34,464 bases of DNA, taken from positions 1-34,464 of the IMG/VR virus record IMGVR_UViG_3300005512_003938; one strand, 5' to 3'. Of this stretch, positions 15,218 to 25,668 are shown one piece after another. The notes beneath the pieces were generated by a model that was not told the DNA's origin, did no database searches, and was given only the letters and a program-made list of their open reading frames with translations. A program made the position numbers and the translations under genes. This DNA is from a virus (Duplodnaviria > Caudoviricetes). The first letter of the stretch is position 1. Every line of letters starts with the position of its first letter.

Positions 15218-15613
15218 TTAAGCGTTGGTTGTGGCATTGAAGCCAGCATAAACGATAAACGTGTCAGAGCCTGCAGCCTTCTTATATGCCACTGAGGTCA
15301 CTGAGTTACCGCTCACGAGCGCTTGCACATCGACATCAAATGAACCGAGCACAGGAATGACACCATCAGTGTTAGCGACGCCATCACCCGCCGCGACACG
15401 AGCGCGCAACTTACCATAGCTTACCGTGTCGGTTGATCCGCTGACGAACTGAACATAAGCGAACTTCAACCCGCTTGAGAGCTGTGTGCCTGTCCGAGTG
15501 TCATAAAAGTCCTCAGAGGCGAGGGTGTGCCAGTCTGTATCGTTGACCGCTGAGGCGTTGTAGGTGGCGAGGTATCCACCAGCGTGGATAGGATATTGAA
15601 CTCCGAGTCTCAT
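15218..15613 (-). CDS. Hypothetical beta-rich (probably virion) protein, 131 aa
   Basis: ATGA-coupled to the holin; precedes the tail fibre. Confidence 0.6.
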   Translation of the reverse strand: MRLGVQYPIHAGGYLATYNASAVNDTDWHTLASEDFYDTRTGTQLSSGLKFAYVQFVSGSTDTVSYGKLRARVAAGDGVANTDGVIPVLGSFDVDVQALVSGNSVTSVAYKKAAGSDTFIVYAGFNATTNA

Positions 15614-15885
15614 GGCTTCTCCAGTGTAGTCTCAGGTTGGGGGGTTGTTGGGGGGATTGGTTGAGGCTGTGCTACAGCCGCTTGCTCTTTTCCCTGCGGA
15701 GCTCCTGCGCGCTTTGAAAACACGTTGGCTCCTGCGTAGACAAGGAACAAGGTATCGATGAGGCCTAAGACCTCAGTGTGAGCTTTATCGAGGAGCGCTA
15801 GAAGTAGGCATGAGGCTAGAGTCGCATAGAACGCTGTAGCCTTTCGCCCTCCTGCCCGCTCGGTCACAGTCTGCTTATCACTCAT
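15610..15885 (-). CDS. Putative holin (2 hydrophobic helices), 91 aa
   Basis: Likely start MSDKQ at 15885 overlapping the endolysin end. GGRK followed by two hydrophobic segments and YAGANV. Confidence 0.68.
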   Translation of the reverse strand: MSDKQTVTERAGGRKATAFYATLASCLLLALLDKAHTEVLGLIDTLFLVYAGANVFSKRAGAPQGKEQAAVAQPQPIPPTTPQPETTLEKP

Positions 15886-16531
15886 CGAAGTCCTCAGCGA
15901 GTAGACGGTAAACGAAGGCGACCTCATCAAGGCTACGCTCGCGAGCGATAACGCCCTCACCATGAGAGCCATCACCTAGCGTCCCGTGGGCGTTGCCCTC
16001 GAGCGTCTCGAAACGACCATCAATGGGGGCCACTCGGCAGAGCGTGATGTGATCACCCCATGTAGCGCGCGCTGAGGAGTACACGACCACGATGTCACCA
16101 GGGAGCATGTCACGTGGCTCGATCTTTCGTGAGGTCTGTGACCAGTTAGAATAGAGGCGATAGCATGAAGGGAAGATCTTTTGACGAGTCTTGAACTTGA
16201 CAGCCCGATAGCAGAACGCCGCGAAAGCGCCACACCAAGCGAACTGACCATTCTTGACGTACTCTTTCTCCCACGTCCAGCCGATGCCCTCCATGCTGCG
16301 GATGTATGTATTGATCCGTTGGTCTGGGTCCTCAATGGTCGAGGACCACTCTGCCAGAGCGCGGTCGATAGCAACTGAGCTCTGTTCACTGCGCTGAGGT
16401 CGAGGGTAGTTCACGAGGCGCTCAGGGAGCTCCTGAAGATCAAGCTTCGCCTGACCAAGTGAACGAGAGAGCCGCCTTACGTCGTGCTCAAGCTCTGAGA
16501 TGGTGGCTTCAAGGTCTGCTTTAGTAGGCAT
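15878..16531 (-). CDS. CHAP/NlpC-P60-type peptidoglycan hydrolase (endolysin) with N-terminal coiled coil
   Basis: AWCGAFAAFCY (catalytic Cys), PGDIVV, GDHITL (His), TLEGN. Confidence 0.82.
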   Translation of the reverse strand: MPTKADLEATISELEHDVRRLSRSLGQAKLDLQELPERLVNYPRPQRSEQSSVAIDRALAEWSSTIEDPDQRINTYIRSMEGIGWTWEKEYVKNGQFAWCGAFAAFCYRAVKFKTRQKIFPSCYRLYSNWSQTSRKIEPRDMLPGDIVVVYSSARATWGDHITLCRVAPIDGRFETLEGNAHGTLGDGSHGEGVIARERSLDEVAFVYRLLAEDFDE

Positions 16532-19500
16532 CAGCTGTACTCCTGCGCGTCTACTGTTGTGTTTATAATATCAGAAGTGTTGGCTAAATACGCATCACTT
16601 CTATGAGTTGCGGTCGCGTTGGCGTATGTGGTCGGCTCTAGTGTGCCGTTGAGTGAGGCGATACCATGAGCCGCTGTGAACGTGATGACATTGCCTGAGA
16701 TGCTGTCGATCTCTAGACCTGTGATGGCTCCATCATGGTTGCCCTTAGGGAGATAATCGACCACATCACCCGCTTTAAAGAATGCCACATCATCCACGTC
16801 TGAGCCGCTAAAGTCATCGGTCGCGACTGTGGCTGTAGTCGCAGTGATCGCTGTCACCCTCGCCGCGCTATTCCAGTTAACGGGGCTTATGCCTGTGACG
16901 ATCAGCTCTATATCACAGCCCTCACTCATTAGCTCTTGACGTATCGCTCGGATCATCCCCACACCATCAGTTACACCATAGGTATCTGAGTAGCCTCTGA
17001 GGTGGGGTGAGTTAACGGTGAGGTAAGTGCCTACATCAAAGTAGACGCTCCGACCTGTGCCCACTGCGCCGCTCCACGTCCTCAGAGGATTGGCTAGTAG
17101 GTTGAAGATCCTAGAGGCGGTCGGCGTGAAATAACCAAAAGCATCACCAGCTCCACGACCAAACTGATCAGAGCTCACTCCAGGTAGGGTGAGAGTAATC
17201 TTAGAGCGCTCGCCGCCATATCGGTTGATTGCCTCTTGGTTATTGTAGAGGACCTCAGACTGATAGGCCCCCTCACTAGGGTCATAGTCATAAGAGAACT
17301 GTATTTGTGTAACGATGTCCTCATGGATGCCCCATCGAGGAGGAGGGTCACTGAGCCACTCACCCGCCGAGATTGTACCCTCTGCAGCATCAGGCCGCTC
17401 ATTACCCAAGGCCACCAAGCTGATCCTTGATCGACCTGTTGAGGCGTCACGCTTCATAACGAGCACAGCCCCCATCATTCTCAGCATTGAATCGATGGTG
17501 TCTCTAAGGTTCATCCCATCGCCAGCATAGGACGAGGTGAGAGAGAGTGTGGCTGTGGCGTCGAGCTCCAGGAAACTAGCCTCATCAATGTCATCGCTCG
17601 ATATATTCAAGCCGAGGCTCAGCACATCATAATCACCATTGACCTCATCACCGCCACCGCTCTCTAAGAGCTTCAGGAGCACAGTGCCAGGACGCTCAGA
17701 CTCTAACTGACCTCCTCTAAATATTAGGGTGCGCTCTTGGTCTGGGTAGTCACCAAATGAGCTATTTGAGTTGAAGTTGTTAGAGTCTGCTATGTGGATC
17801 AGATAACCGACGTTAGAGCCGCCAAATGTGGCCACAGTCTCATGAGTCACCTTGAAGACTTGGCGTCTGATGTCTTCTAGGTTGCGGTCATAATGCTGCA
17901 CAGTGATGAAGTAAAACTCACCAGCTGTCGCTGAAGTCGGAAGCCCTAGAGAGCCCTCAACGAGAATCGCTGACTCATAATGCTGATAATAAGCAGTCGG
18001 CATCTGACGAATCTTTAGAACACCTGTTCTCTCAGACTCAGATATGATCAGACTTCTAAACTGTTGAGGGGTGTCAACGTCGAAGCGCTCAGCATATTGA
18101 TCACCCTCATAGCCTAGATCTAGGGGGTAGCTGAGGCGAGATAGTGAATCTAGTGGGCCAGAGGTCCCTGAGGCTTTCCAGCATAGCGGCGCTCGCACGT
18201 TGGGAAAGTCACGCCTTAGACGGTTCCAAATCTCAAGCGTATTCCACAGATAAATATAACATGGAAACGCCGATGAGCTGAGCTTCTCACCTCTCACCGC
18301 TGAGCCATGATTCAAGCGCCATCGACCGAAGCCACCGCTTAAGCCCTGCGTGGAGCTCGGCCCATCACTCTCTAATGTGTCGTTGATCACATCGGGCCAC
18401 TTCTTGACCTCCTCTGATCCTAGTGAGTGTTGCTTGATCTCAGTCTGAGGCAGGCTGACTCTGAGCGTCTCACTCGCTGTGATCTCTGCAGCGTCGAGCG
18501 CATTGGTCAGCGCGCCATCTGCGTTGATGACATAGCCAGGTATAGAGCCATCGTAGGTGATGGTGTTAGGAAATACGCCATCTTCCTCAAAGACAGGATC
18601 TTGACTGCGCCTAAGCTTTGGATATCGAGGATGCTCTCTAGCGTACTCATCACCATCAGGCCCTTGAGGTAGGCTTGTATCAAAGTCGCCAAAGAGCTCA
18701 GTGAACCCACGGCGGCGCTCTACTGAGACTTGGAATGTTGAAGCGGTGATGGCCGCTGTGGTGTCAGGAGTGACGATGATCTCTCTAAAATCTTGGTCTC
18801 TCCAAATGGCCAAGGCATATTCTAAGACGCTGCCGTTGACCCCATCATAATAGTGATGGTTTTGGAGGAGCCCTGTCTGATTGATGCCCTTGTCGCTCAG
18901 GTCTGTATCAATGAGCGCTGTGAGGGGCATAATCGAGAGACTAATCTCATCACCCTCCTCAACCACTGGGCTTGACTCTATGAAGCCGTTGATCACCTCA
19001 ACATAGTCTGATGTGTTCCCGTTGGCGTATCGGTGAGCCATGTAGAGTCGAGCGCGACGACCTCTAAAGGTGGTGATCTCTGTGGTCACCTCAGGAACTA
19101 GCGAGCCCTCTAGATCTATGCTGTGGGTCTGCTGCGGAGTGTTGCCAACGCCTCTCTCCACTGTGATCACAGTGCTTGTAGCGCTCGCCGCTCTCACAGT
19201 CTCAGCGCCGATGTGAAAGAGCTTGGGGAAGGTCTCACTTGAGAAGTCAGTATCGACAGTCAGCGTTGTATCAGTGCGATCTGAGCTCTGAGTGAGTCTG
19301 GCCCTCGTGGAAGCGCTACGAGCTCCACAGCGTCCAAAGATCACCCCTGGATCATTTAACCCGCCTCGTCTGCGGTCGATGCCGAGCGTGACAGACACAG
19401 CGCCATAAGTAGCAACGCCACCGCTAGGATCAATTGACGCGCTAAATGAGCCCACTGCTACGATTGACTCCACATCAGTATAAGCGATGCCTGTTGTGAT

Positions 19501-19611
19501 GTTGGCGTCTAGGTTGCTCGATGATGGAGGTGGGTGGCTGTGATAGCGCTGAGGCAACCCCGCGACCTCAAGGGCAAACACTCGACGACCATGTTGACTC
19601 GTTATGCTCAT
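16531..19611 (-). CDS. Large tail tip / baseplate hub protein, 1026 aa
   Basis: Position after TMP and minor tail genes; IGAETV...ITVERGVGNT motif; beta-rich. Confidence 0.68.
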   Translation of the reverse strand: MSITSQHGRRVFALEVAGLPQRYHSHPPPSSSNLDANITTGIAYTDVESIVAVGSFSASIDPSGGVATYGAVSVTLGIDRRRGGLNDPGVIFGRCGARSASTRARLTQSSDRTDTTLTVDTDFSSETFPKLFHIGAETVRAASATSTVITVERGVGNTPQQTHSIDLEGSLVPEVTTEITTFRGRRARLYMAHRYANGNTSDYVEVINGFIESSPVVEEGDEISLSIMPLTALIDTDLSDKGINQTGLLQNHHYYDGVNGSVLEYALAIWRDQDFREIIVTPDTTAAITASTFQVSVERRRGFTELFGDFDTSLPQGPDGDEYAREHPRYPKLRRSQDPVFEEDGVFPNTITYDGSIPGYVINADGALTNALDAAEITASETLRVSLPQTEIKQHSLGSEEVKKWPDVINDTLESDGPSSTQGLSGGFGRWRLNHGSAVRGEKLSSSAFPCYIYLWNTLEIWNRLRRDFPNVRAPLCWKASGTSGPLDSLSRLSYPLDLGYEGDQYAERFDVDTPQQFRSLIISESERTGVLKIRQMPTAYYQHYESAILVEGSLGLPTSATAGEFYFITVQHYDRNLEDIRRQVFKVTHETVATFGGSNVGYLIHIADSNNFNSNSSFGDYPDQERTLIFRGGQLESERPGTVLLKLLESGGGDEVNGDYDVLSLGLNISSDDIDEASFLELDATATLSLTSSYAGDGMNLRDTIDSMLRMMGAVLVMKRDASTGRSRISLVALGNERPDAAEGTISAGEWLSDPPPRWGIHEDIVTQIQFSYDYDPSEGAYQSEVLYNNQEAINRYGGERSKITLTLPGVSSDQFGRGAGDAFGYFTPTASRIFNLLANPLRTWSGAVGTGRSVYFDVGTYLTVNSPHLRGYSDTYGVTDGVGMIRAIRQELMSEGCDIELIVTGISPVNWNSAARVTAITATTATVATDDFSGSDVDDVAFFKAGDVVDYLPKGNHDGAITGLEIDSISGNVITFTAAHGIASLNGTLEPTTYANATATHRSDAYLANTSDIINTTVDAQEYS

Positions 19612-20222
19612 GGGGTCACCTCTGGGTCTAGTAGGTCATAGATGTGAACGCCAAGGATCAGCGCTAGAGTCGTCGTGACTTCCAGGTTGAGCACCTGACC
19701 TCTATTAGCTGATGGCACAAAGAGAGACCTTGGTGGATCGGGGGTGACGTTGCTTGGTGCGCTAATGAGCTCAGTGCCTGTGAACGCAGTAAGCGCCACG
19801 TTCCAACCTGCTTCTAGGTCAACCTCTGTAAACTTACAACCTACATCCAACACTGTGCCTGTGTAGCTGTTGCCAGCTGTGTCTCTGAGCTTAAGCTCTA
19901 TAGACACTGGGAGTGATGGCGCGAAGTTAGCCGCTGCATATTGAATGATAACACCGAGATGTGAGCTCATCGGCGTGCTCTGATAGAGGTAGCTTGTTGT
20001 CGTCAACCCTTTGAGATCGTTAGGGTCAACAAGCCTAGTTCGTCCACCTCGAGGAGCGAGCACATCACGACCATTATAGTAGTGAGCCTCACCCAAGAAC
20101 TTAACGCGAGTGAGTTGAGCGAGCGCTGAGGCCATCTGAGAGACTGCGCCACCAAACAAGAGCACCCCATTATAACAGCCGGTCTCACTGGGTAGACGTT
20201 GCATGGTTGTAGGTATGAGCAT
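19608..20222 (-). CDS. Minor tail protein, 204 aa
   Basis: Translationally coupled within the tail operon. Confidence 0.58.
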   Translation of the reverse strand: MLIPTTMQRLPSETGCYNGVLLFGGAVSQMASALAQLTRVKFLGEAHYYNGRDVLAPRGGRTRLVDPNDLKGLTTTSYLYQSTPMSSHLGVIIQYAAANFAPSLPVSIELKLRDTAGNSYTGTVLDVGCKFTEVDLEAGWNVALTAFTGTELISAPSNVTPDPPRSLFVPSANRGQVLNLEVTTTLALILGVHIYDLLDPEVTP

Positions 20223-21280
20223 CAGACCCCCAGAATCGCGATCCCCTTAATATAAGGTGGATTAGCGGTGATCAGGTTAGAAGCGCTGAGTAATACATCA
20301 GCATTATTTGGGGTGTCCATCAAGCCCACTCTATGCATGGAGAGCCTGAAGTCATTAGAGCGCTCGACTAGCTCAGGCTCTCTAAGGTCTACGCTTATGA
20401 CGTTCCAGCCATTAAGAGGCAGGCTGAGACGGTAGCCAAACACATCAACAAGCAGAGGATTGACGCCGACATTCTCAGTATTGATAAAGACAACTATATT
20501 CAGCCCTATCAAATTAAGCCCTGCGCTGAGCGCTACATCAGAGAAGAGTATCTGAGGATCTGTAGAGCCTAGACCCTTGGCAGGGCTTGAGGAGCTCGTG
20601 AACACTCCCGACCAGTTTAGAAGCGTGCGCGGCCTCTTCCTCATTTGGGTGATGTTGTTGAGCGTCTCGACGCCAAAGCGAGAGGAGAGAGGCAGGTCAA
20701 CACCTAGACGGCTCTGACCTTGTGGGATCACTTCTTCTCCGTATTGGTCGAGCGCCCTAGACGCTAGTGGAGATGTGAGCGGTGACCAGCTCCCCTGCAC
20801 AGCGCTCACCTCTATCGTAGCACCTGAGGCAGCTTGGAGGCTGAGAGTGACGATAGCGTAAAGCTCATCCTCAACCGCCGAGATCGGCACTGTGATCACA
20901 TCAAAGACTGAGTTAAAGCGTGAGCTGTCAGTGATCGTCACAGTGGTCCGATATGTGCCACCTGATAGGGGGAAGTTGACAGAGACTCTGGCGGTTGATC
21001 CTGACACGGTTGAGAACGATGAGAGCCTGAGCTTGAACTCTACATGTTCTTCTGATGGGTGAGGGATGTACCACTCACAGACATCAGTAAGGCTAGTCGT
21101 CGTGAACTCAAAGACTTCAGCATCCCACGCTTGATTCAGGACATCACCAGACCCACCATAAGCGAAGCTGTAGTTTTGCATGTCGGCTAGACGCTGAGCC
21201 TCTTGGCTCCTGATGGTCAGCCCTGACGTGAGGCGAGCAGGGTCTACGAGGACCGGCGGCGATGTGAATGAGTTACTCAT
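20222..21280 (-). CDS. Minor tail protein, 352 aa
   Basis: Translationally coupled within the tail operon; beta-rich. Confidence 0.58.
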   Translation of the reverse strand: MSNSFTSPPVLVDPARLTSGLTIRSQEAQRLADMQNYSFAYGGSGDVLNQAWDAEVFEFTTTSLTDVCEWYIPHPSEEHVEFKLRLSSFSTVSGSTARVSVNFPLSGGTYRTTVTITDSSRFNSVFDVITVPISAVEDELYAIVTLSLQAASGATIEVSAVQGSWSPLTSPLASRALDQYGEEVIPQGQSRLGVDLPLSSRFGVETLNNITQMRKRPRTLLNWSGVFTSSSSPAKGLGSTDPQILFSDVALSAGLNLIGLNIVVFINTENVGVNPLLVDVFGYRLSLPLNGWNVISVDLREPELVERSNDFRLSMHRVGLMDTPNNADVLLSASNLITANPPYIKGIAILGV

Positions 21281-22491
21281 AGGTGCTCAATCTCCATCGT
21301 CACAGGTACACGCCTCTTAAGCCGACCGGGGTAGATCAGGTCAAAGCTCTCTGTGGTGAGTGACCCTCTCACCCTGCCATACTCGCCATTGTCCTCTGAA
21401 GTATAAAGGGTGTCATAGGCTGGCTGTGAGCTGTTAACCGACGCACTAGGCAGCGCTCGACGTGAATCACCCCACCCTTGATAGAAGTTCACCCGCTCCC
21501 CTGGTGAGCAGAAGGGAACCCATCGATCAGTGAAATGGCGATAATCGTCTGAGGAATCGAGCAAGGCATCGAGGTCGAATCTCAACACTGAGGTCACATA
21601 AGTCCCTATGTGGTTGCTGACATAACCGCCACCAATCAAGCGCCGCGCCTGTGCCACGTTCTCACCTCTGAGATGGTGGCTCTGATATGGTCGAGATGGG
21701 ATGAGCACCCCTGAAGCCTTGTAGGTCGCGGTGAGCAGTTTGTGAGTGGTGCCTGTTGGCGTCTCATCACCCGTGAATCCTAGCAGGTTTCTGATCTCTG
21801 TGGAGCTCCATGAGATGTCTCCTGCTCCGCTCACATATGAGCAGTTCACGCGCCCCGTGTCATCGATGAACCATGAGATAAAATATCCAGTGTTTGCGCT
21901 TCGGTCCTGTATGTCTAAGCTCTTGAGGCCTGTGAACACGTCCGCATCTGTGACTGTTGCCTCATCCCTCATCCCCACAGTCACATCTTGCATGTGGACA
22001 TCAACAGAGGGAAAGTTGAACGTGTTGGAGCCGCCGACCTCATCTACTCTATATGTCACATCGGCAAGATCTAGAGAGCCTCTTGTCCAGTCATTAGGGG
22101 CGGTGGCCACATAGTCAGAGCCGACTAGCGAAGCGCCGACAGCGACAGAGCCAAAGCCAAGCGCGTCAACTGTGCCTGTAGATCGAATCTCGAAGTCAGC
22201 ATCTGAGGAGACAGTTACCTTATCATCTTCGTTGATTGTGATTGTCCACGAAGTGCCGAAGGTATTCACGCTGTCTGCTTGACCTTGCCACATCTGATCA
22301 GCTGGCGATGCTCGACCGTTGAGGAAGAAAAGCAGGTCTTCATAGATCCCATCACCCGCCGGTGAGGTGCCATAGTTTTGGAGGCTCACAGCAGACCCAC
22401 CAGAGCGGCTGAAGACCTCAACCCCTGCATAGGCTCTCATGTCGTATTCAGTAAGTAGACCAAACTGAGGAGCAGGATTATTTAAAGGCAT
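21277..22491 (-). CDS. Distal tail-like protein, 404 aa
   Basis: Immediately follows the tape measure gene (TAATG overlap). Confidence 0.6.
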   Translation of the reverse strand: MPLNNPAPQFGLLTEYDMRAYAGVEVFSRSGGSAVSLQNYGTSPAGDGIYEDLLFFLNGRASPADQMWQGQADSVNTFGTSWTITINEDDKVTVSSDADFEIRSTGTVDALGFGSVAVGASLVGSDYVATAPNDWTRGSLDLADVTYRVDEVGGSNTFNFPSVDVHMQDVTVGMRDEATVTDADVFTGLKSLDIQDRSANTGYFISWFIDDTGRVNCSYVSGAGDISWSSTEIRNLLGFTGDETPTGTTHKLLTATYKASGVLIPSRPYQSHHLRGENVAQARRLIGGGYVSNHIGTYVTSVLRFDLDALLDSSDDYRHFTDRWVPFCSPGERVNFYQGWGDSRRALPSASVNSSQPAYDTLYTSEDNGEYGRVRGSLTTESFDLIYPGRLKRRVPVTMEIEHL

Positions 22492-24743
22492 TAGAAGCGT
22501 CTCCTCGGCGCGCCGCGCCTGTTGGTGTTTTGTAGGTTGGTGATCCGATCAGCAAGTGCGAGCTCGGCGGCTTGCTTGGTGTCATAGATGACAGCGCCAC
22601 CGAAGTTGATATTAAAGGTCATCTGTGAGGACTCGGCCTGTTCTCGCTCTGGCTCAGGAGCGATCTGAGGAGTACCGAGCGGAGAGACACCCCCGCCGCC
22701 ACCACCACCGCCACCGCCGCCGCTTGAGGTCAAGCTCTTACCAGTGATACCAGCAGTGACAGCAGCACCCGCCATGATTAGAGATGCTTTACCGTAGCCA
22801 GCCGCTAGCTTTGCAGAGCCAGCGAAGCCAGCCGCCACAGCCTTGGCTGCAAACATGAGAGACTCAACCGCGGCCTGCTCTCCAAGAGCTAACAAAACTT
22901 GACCTATAGCGTTGGGAAGCTGAGATTTCTCCTGCTCGCTGATCTTCTGGCGCTCCTCTTGATAGGTCCTAGTAAGATCATTGATCTCTTTATTGGCCTT
23001 GTCTACTGCAGCCACCCGCTCTTTATATGAGCCTTCAACCTCAGCCGCGCTCTCCTTGGCCCTTCGCACGTCCTCTCTATATGTCTGCTCAAGTTGTCGT
23101 CGTGACTCTTCGCTCGATTCGTCGGTGAGCTGTTTGAATATTAGTGAGCCTGTCTGATCTCGGAGCCGCTCACCTAGCACCATGAAGGAATCTAAGACAG
23201 CCTTCATCGCTTGGCCTTCATACTTCTCAACGATGGCGGCGCGCTCAATATTGTAGCGACGGCTGAGCTCGGTGAGCTCCTCCTCTGAGCGCTCCTTCAT
23301 CTCTCGCTGGCGTTGATACTTCAGCTCTAAGAGGTTGAGCTCTTTATCTTGGCCCTCTTCCATCATCGAGATATCAAAAGCTTGAGATTCTAAAAGGAAG
23401 CTACGTCGATGATCCTCTAATCGCTGACGCTCGGCCTCAGCCTTGGCGTCTTTATCCTGCTGTAGTTTCAAGCGCTCATTCTCATATTTAATATTGACCA
23501 TTTGGCGCCTAGTGGCGTTATCCTCTACTAGCTTGAGCTCAGCCTCTAGTCTGAGCTCTAGTATCTCTTCAGCTTCTGCGCCATTGATCCTGATCTGCTC
23601 AATCTCTAAGAGTCTCAGCTGATAAGCCTCCATGAGAGCTCTACGCCTTTCAGCTTCCTCACGCTGAGCTCGAGCACGTCTCTCTTGAGCCGCCTTCTCT
23701 CTTTTTGCTTTGAGCTTTGCTTGTTGCTCTTTCTCTAAACGGAGAAGAGTCGCGTTCAGCTTTGTCTGTTCTGCCTCCTCTGCAATTGCTTTGGCTCCAG
23801 CTGAGATATCAGTCATAGCTCTGATCTCTCTCAGCCTCTTCTCTGTTGCAAATATCGCCGCTCTCTGTTGAGCCTCTAAAGATCCTTTTTGAGCTTCAGC
23901 CTCTGCTAAAACTGCCTGTTGAATCAAGGCGGCTTCCTTCTGTTGTATCTCTCGCCGCTTCTTTGGAGATTCTTTTAACAGGGCTAGCCGTTCTTGCTCT
24001 AGCTTCTTTCGTGCTTTGGCTCCTTCAAATTGGAGCTTGGCTGCCTCTTCTTCTACAGCAAGGATTTGATTTCTTAAGCCTCTAGCCATGTCAAGACGCA
24101 TCTGAAGCATTGCCCCAGTAAGCCGAGCTCTCTCGCTCATTTGGGCCATGCTTTCCTCTTCGCCTCGATCATAATGAGCTTGTAACTCTCGGCCTCTCTT
24201 GATCTCAAAATTAATCTCAGTGAGACTCCTGATTCTATCTTTATTAAGCTCAAGCATATATTCAGCGGCCTCAATGGGCTCCTGTGATGCTCTTGATAAC
24301 TCTCTCAGTCTCCTGACTTGTTTTTGTGTAAGAGTGACCTCAGCGTCTGAGAGCTGCTCGATGATTTGAGTCATCTCTGAAAGACTGGCCTTGTAAGCCT
24401 CAGCCGCTATTTCAGCCGCTATCACCTCTTTGTTGTACTTTCTCAGCGCATTATAGAGCCCCATGAAAGAGGTTATAACTGCACCGATGGAGGCCGCCAT
24501 CATACCTAAAGACAGCTCTGTGCTTTTCGCCATTTGGCCAACCTGCTTAGAGACGCCTGAGCTTGATTCACCTACGGCAGTAAACTCTTTCTTGACCTCC
24601 GCTCCTGACTTCTTAACTGCATCAGAGACACCTCCAAAAGACTCACCTACTCGACCCCCTGCAAGCTCAATCCTCTTGAGGCCCTCCTCTGCTTTTCTGC
24701 CTCCTATGAGGTTAATCTCTATATCTATTCTTCTGTTAGTCAT
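22491..24743 (-). CDS. Tape measure protein, 750 aa
   Basis: Follows the chaperone pair; long E/K/R/A helical region, hydrophobic segments, poly-Gly and FNINFGG near the C-end. Confidence 0.88.
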   Translation of the reverse strand: MTNRRIDIEINLIGGRKAEEGLKRIELAGGRVGESFGGVSDAVKKSGAEVKKEFTAVGESSSGVSKQVGQMAKSTELSLGMMAASIGAVITSFMGLYNALRKYNKEVIAAEIAAEAYKASLSEMTQIIEQLSDAEVTLTQKQVRRLRELSRASQEPIEAAEYMLELNKDRIRSLTEINFEIKRGRELQAHYDRGEEESMAQMSERARLTGAMLQMRLDMARGLRNQILAVEEEAAKLQFEGAKARKKLEQERLALLKESPKKRREIQQKEAALIQQAVLAEAEAQKGSLEAQQRAAIFATEKRLREIRAMTDISAGAKAIAEEAEQTKLNATLLRLEKEQQAKLKAKREKAAQERRARAQREEAERRRALMEAYQLRLLEIEQIRINGAEAEEILELRLEAELKLVEDNATRRQMVNIKYENERLKLQQDKDAKAEAERQRLEDHRRSFLLESQAFDISMMEEGQDKELNLLELKYQRQREMKERSEEELTELSRRYNIERAAIVEKYEGQAMKAVLDSFMVLGERLRDQTGSLIFKQLTDESSEESRRQLEQTYREDVRRAKESAAEVEGSYKERVAAVDKANKEINDLTRTYQEERQKISEQEKSQLPNAIGQVLLALGEQAAVESLMFAAKAVAAGFAGSAKLAAGYGKASLIMAGAAVTAGITGKSLTSSGGGGGGGGGGGVSPLGTPQIAPEPEREQAESSQMTFNINFGGAVIYDTKQAAELALADRITNLQNTNRRGAPRRRF

Positions 24744-25167
24744 GATGGGCCTCTTTCATGGCGCGCAGCTGAGCTCTATAGTTTGCTGACTCTCTGTTAT
24801 TATGCAAGATATCCATGGCCTCGACCACTGCACATGATGGAGATGGGTAAGATAGACTGAGGTTAAATAACCCTGCTCTATGCCTATTATAAGCGTTGAT
24901 GATAGGGGCCATCTTGTTGGCTCCTGCCACAGGACATGACCTGATTTCTAGGTCGCTGAAGTCCTCGCCACAGTCTGGCGCTACTCGGTAGCCAGGCACA
25001 AACAGACCACGCTCATCACGCTGAGCCATAGGTAGACCTTGCTGAAATGAGCCACCACAGTTGCCGCGCTGAGCTCTTAGCTGTGGCTTCGATCTGCATT
25101 GGGCACAATCCCAAGCGCGGCCCCCGCTATGGCTCAGCCACACTGAGGCCGCAAGCGCTATTTTCCC
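24736..25167 (-). CDS. Tail assembly chaperone frameshift extension (gpT-like)
   Basis: -1 frame from slippery G GGA AAA (25167-25161) reads ATA GCG CTT GCG GCC TCA GTG TGG... into ORF 24736..25143. Confidence 0.85.
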   Translation of the reverse strand, partial: GKIALAASVWLSHSGGRAWDCAQCRSKPQLRAQRGNCGGSFQQGLPMAQRDERGLFVPGYRVAPDCGEDFSDLEIRSCPVAGANKMAPIINAYNRHRAGLFNLSLSYPSPSCAVVEAMDILHNNRESANYRAQLRAMKEAHHD

Positions 25168-25667
25168 TCAACACCTAAGAGGCTGATTCGCTGGATGTGC
25201 ATCACGAGCTCACTGACTGTCTGAATCCTGTGAGCCTCAGGTCTGATCAGCTCGAGCTGCTCGGCGTCTGTCCCTACACCATCGATGAGGATCAGAGAAC
25301 TATTGATCATCTCTTTATAGACTCGATTGAGATAAGCCTGATAATCAGCCATAGCTGATCTCTCATCATCGGTGAGAGCATGATGCCACTCGGCGCGCTC
25401 GCGCTCTGCGGTCGGTGCCTCAGTCCATAAGAGGCGGCCAAGCTCAGAGCGAGTCAACGCCCCTGCTCTGGCCTCTGCATCCTCACGCTCAGAGGGTGAG
25501 AGCGCTTTGATAGTAAAGCGTGTCGCCTCACCGACCGAATCGAGCGCCGATAGATCACCTGATTCAAGATAGGCTGAGCGTTGCTCTGCTGAAGCGGTCA
25601 CTTCAGGGTCACAGGTGACAACCACCTCTTGAGTCTGCTCTGAGCTAGTGAGGAATGAGAGAGCCAT
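25158..25667 (-). CDS. Tail assembly chaperone (gpG-like)
   Basis: Between tail tube and TMP; ends GAG GGA AAA TAG. Confidence 0.85.
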   Translation of the reverse strand: MALSFLTSSEQTQEVVVTCDPEVTASAEQRSAYLESGDLSALDSVGEATRFTIKALSPSEREDAEARAGALTRSELGRLLWTEAPTAERERAEWHHALTDDERSAMADYQAYLNRVYKEMINSSLILIDGVGTDAEQLELIRPEAHRIQTVSELVMHIQRISLLGVEGK

Positions 25668-25668
25668 A

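Noticed and set aside
22690-22725. Phase-variable simple repeat
   Set aside because: Mixed-codon poly-Gly linker of the tape measure protein; triplet changes would not shift the frame.
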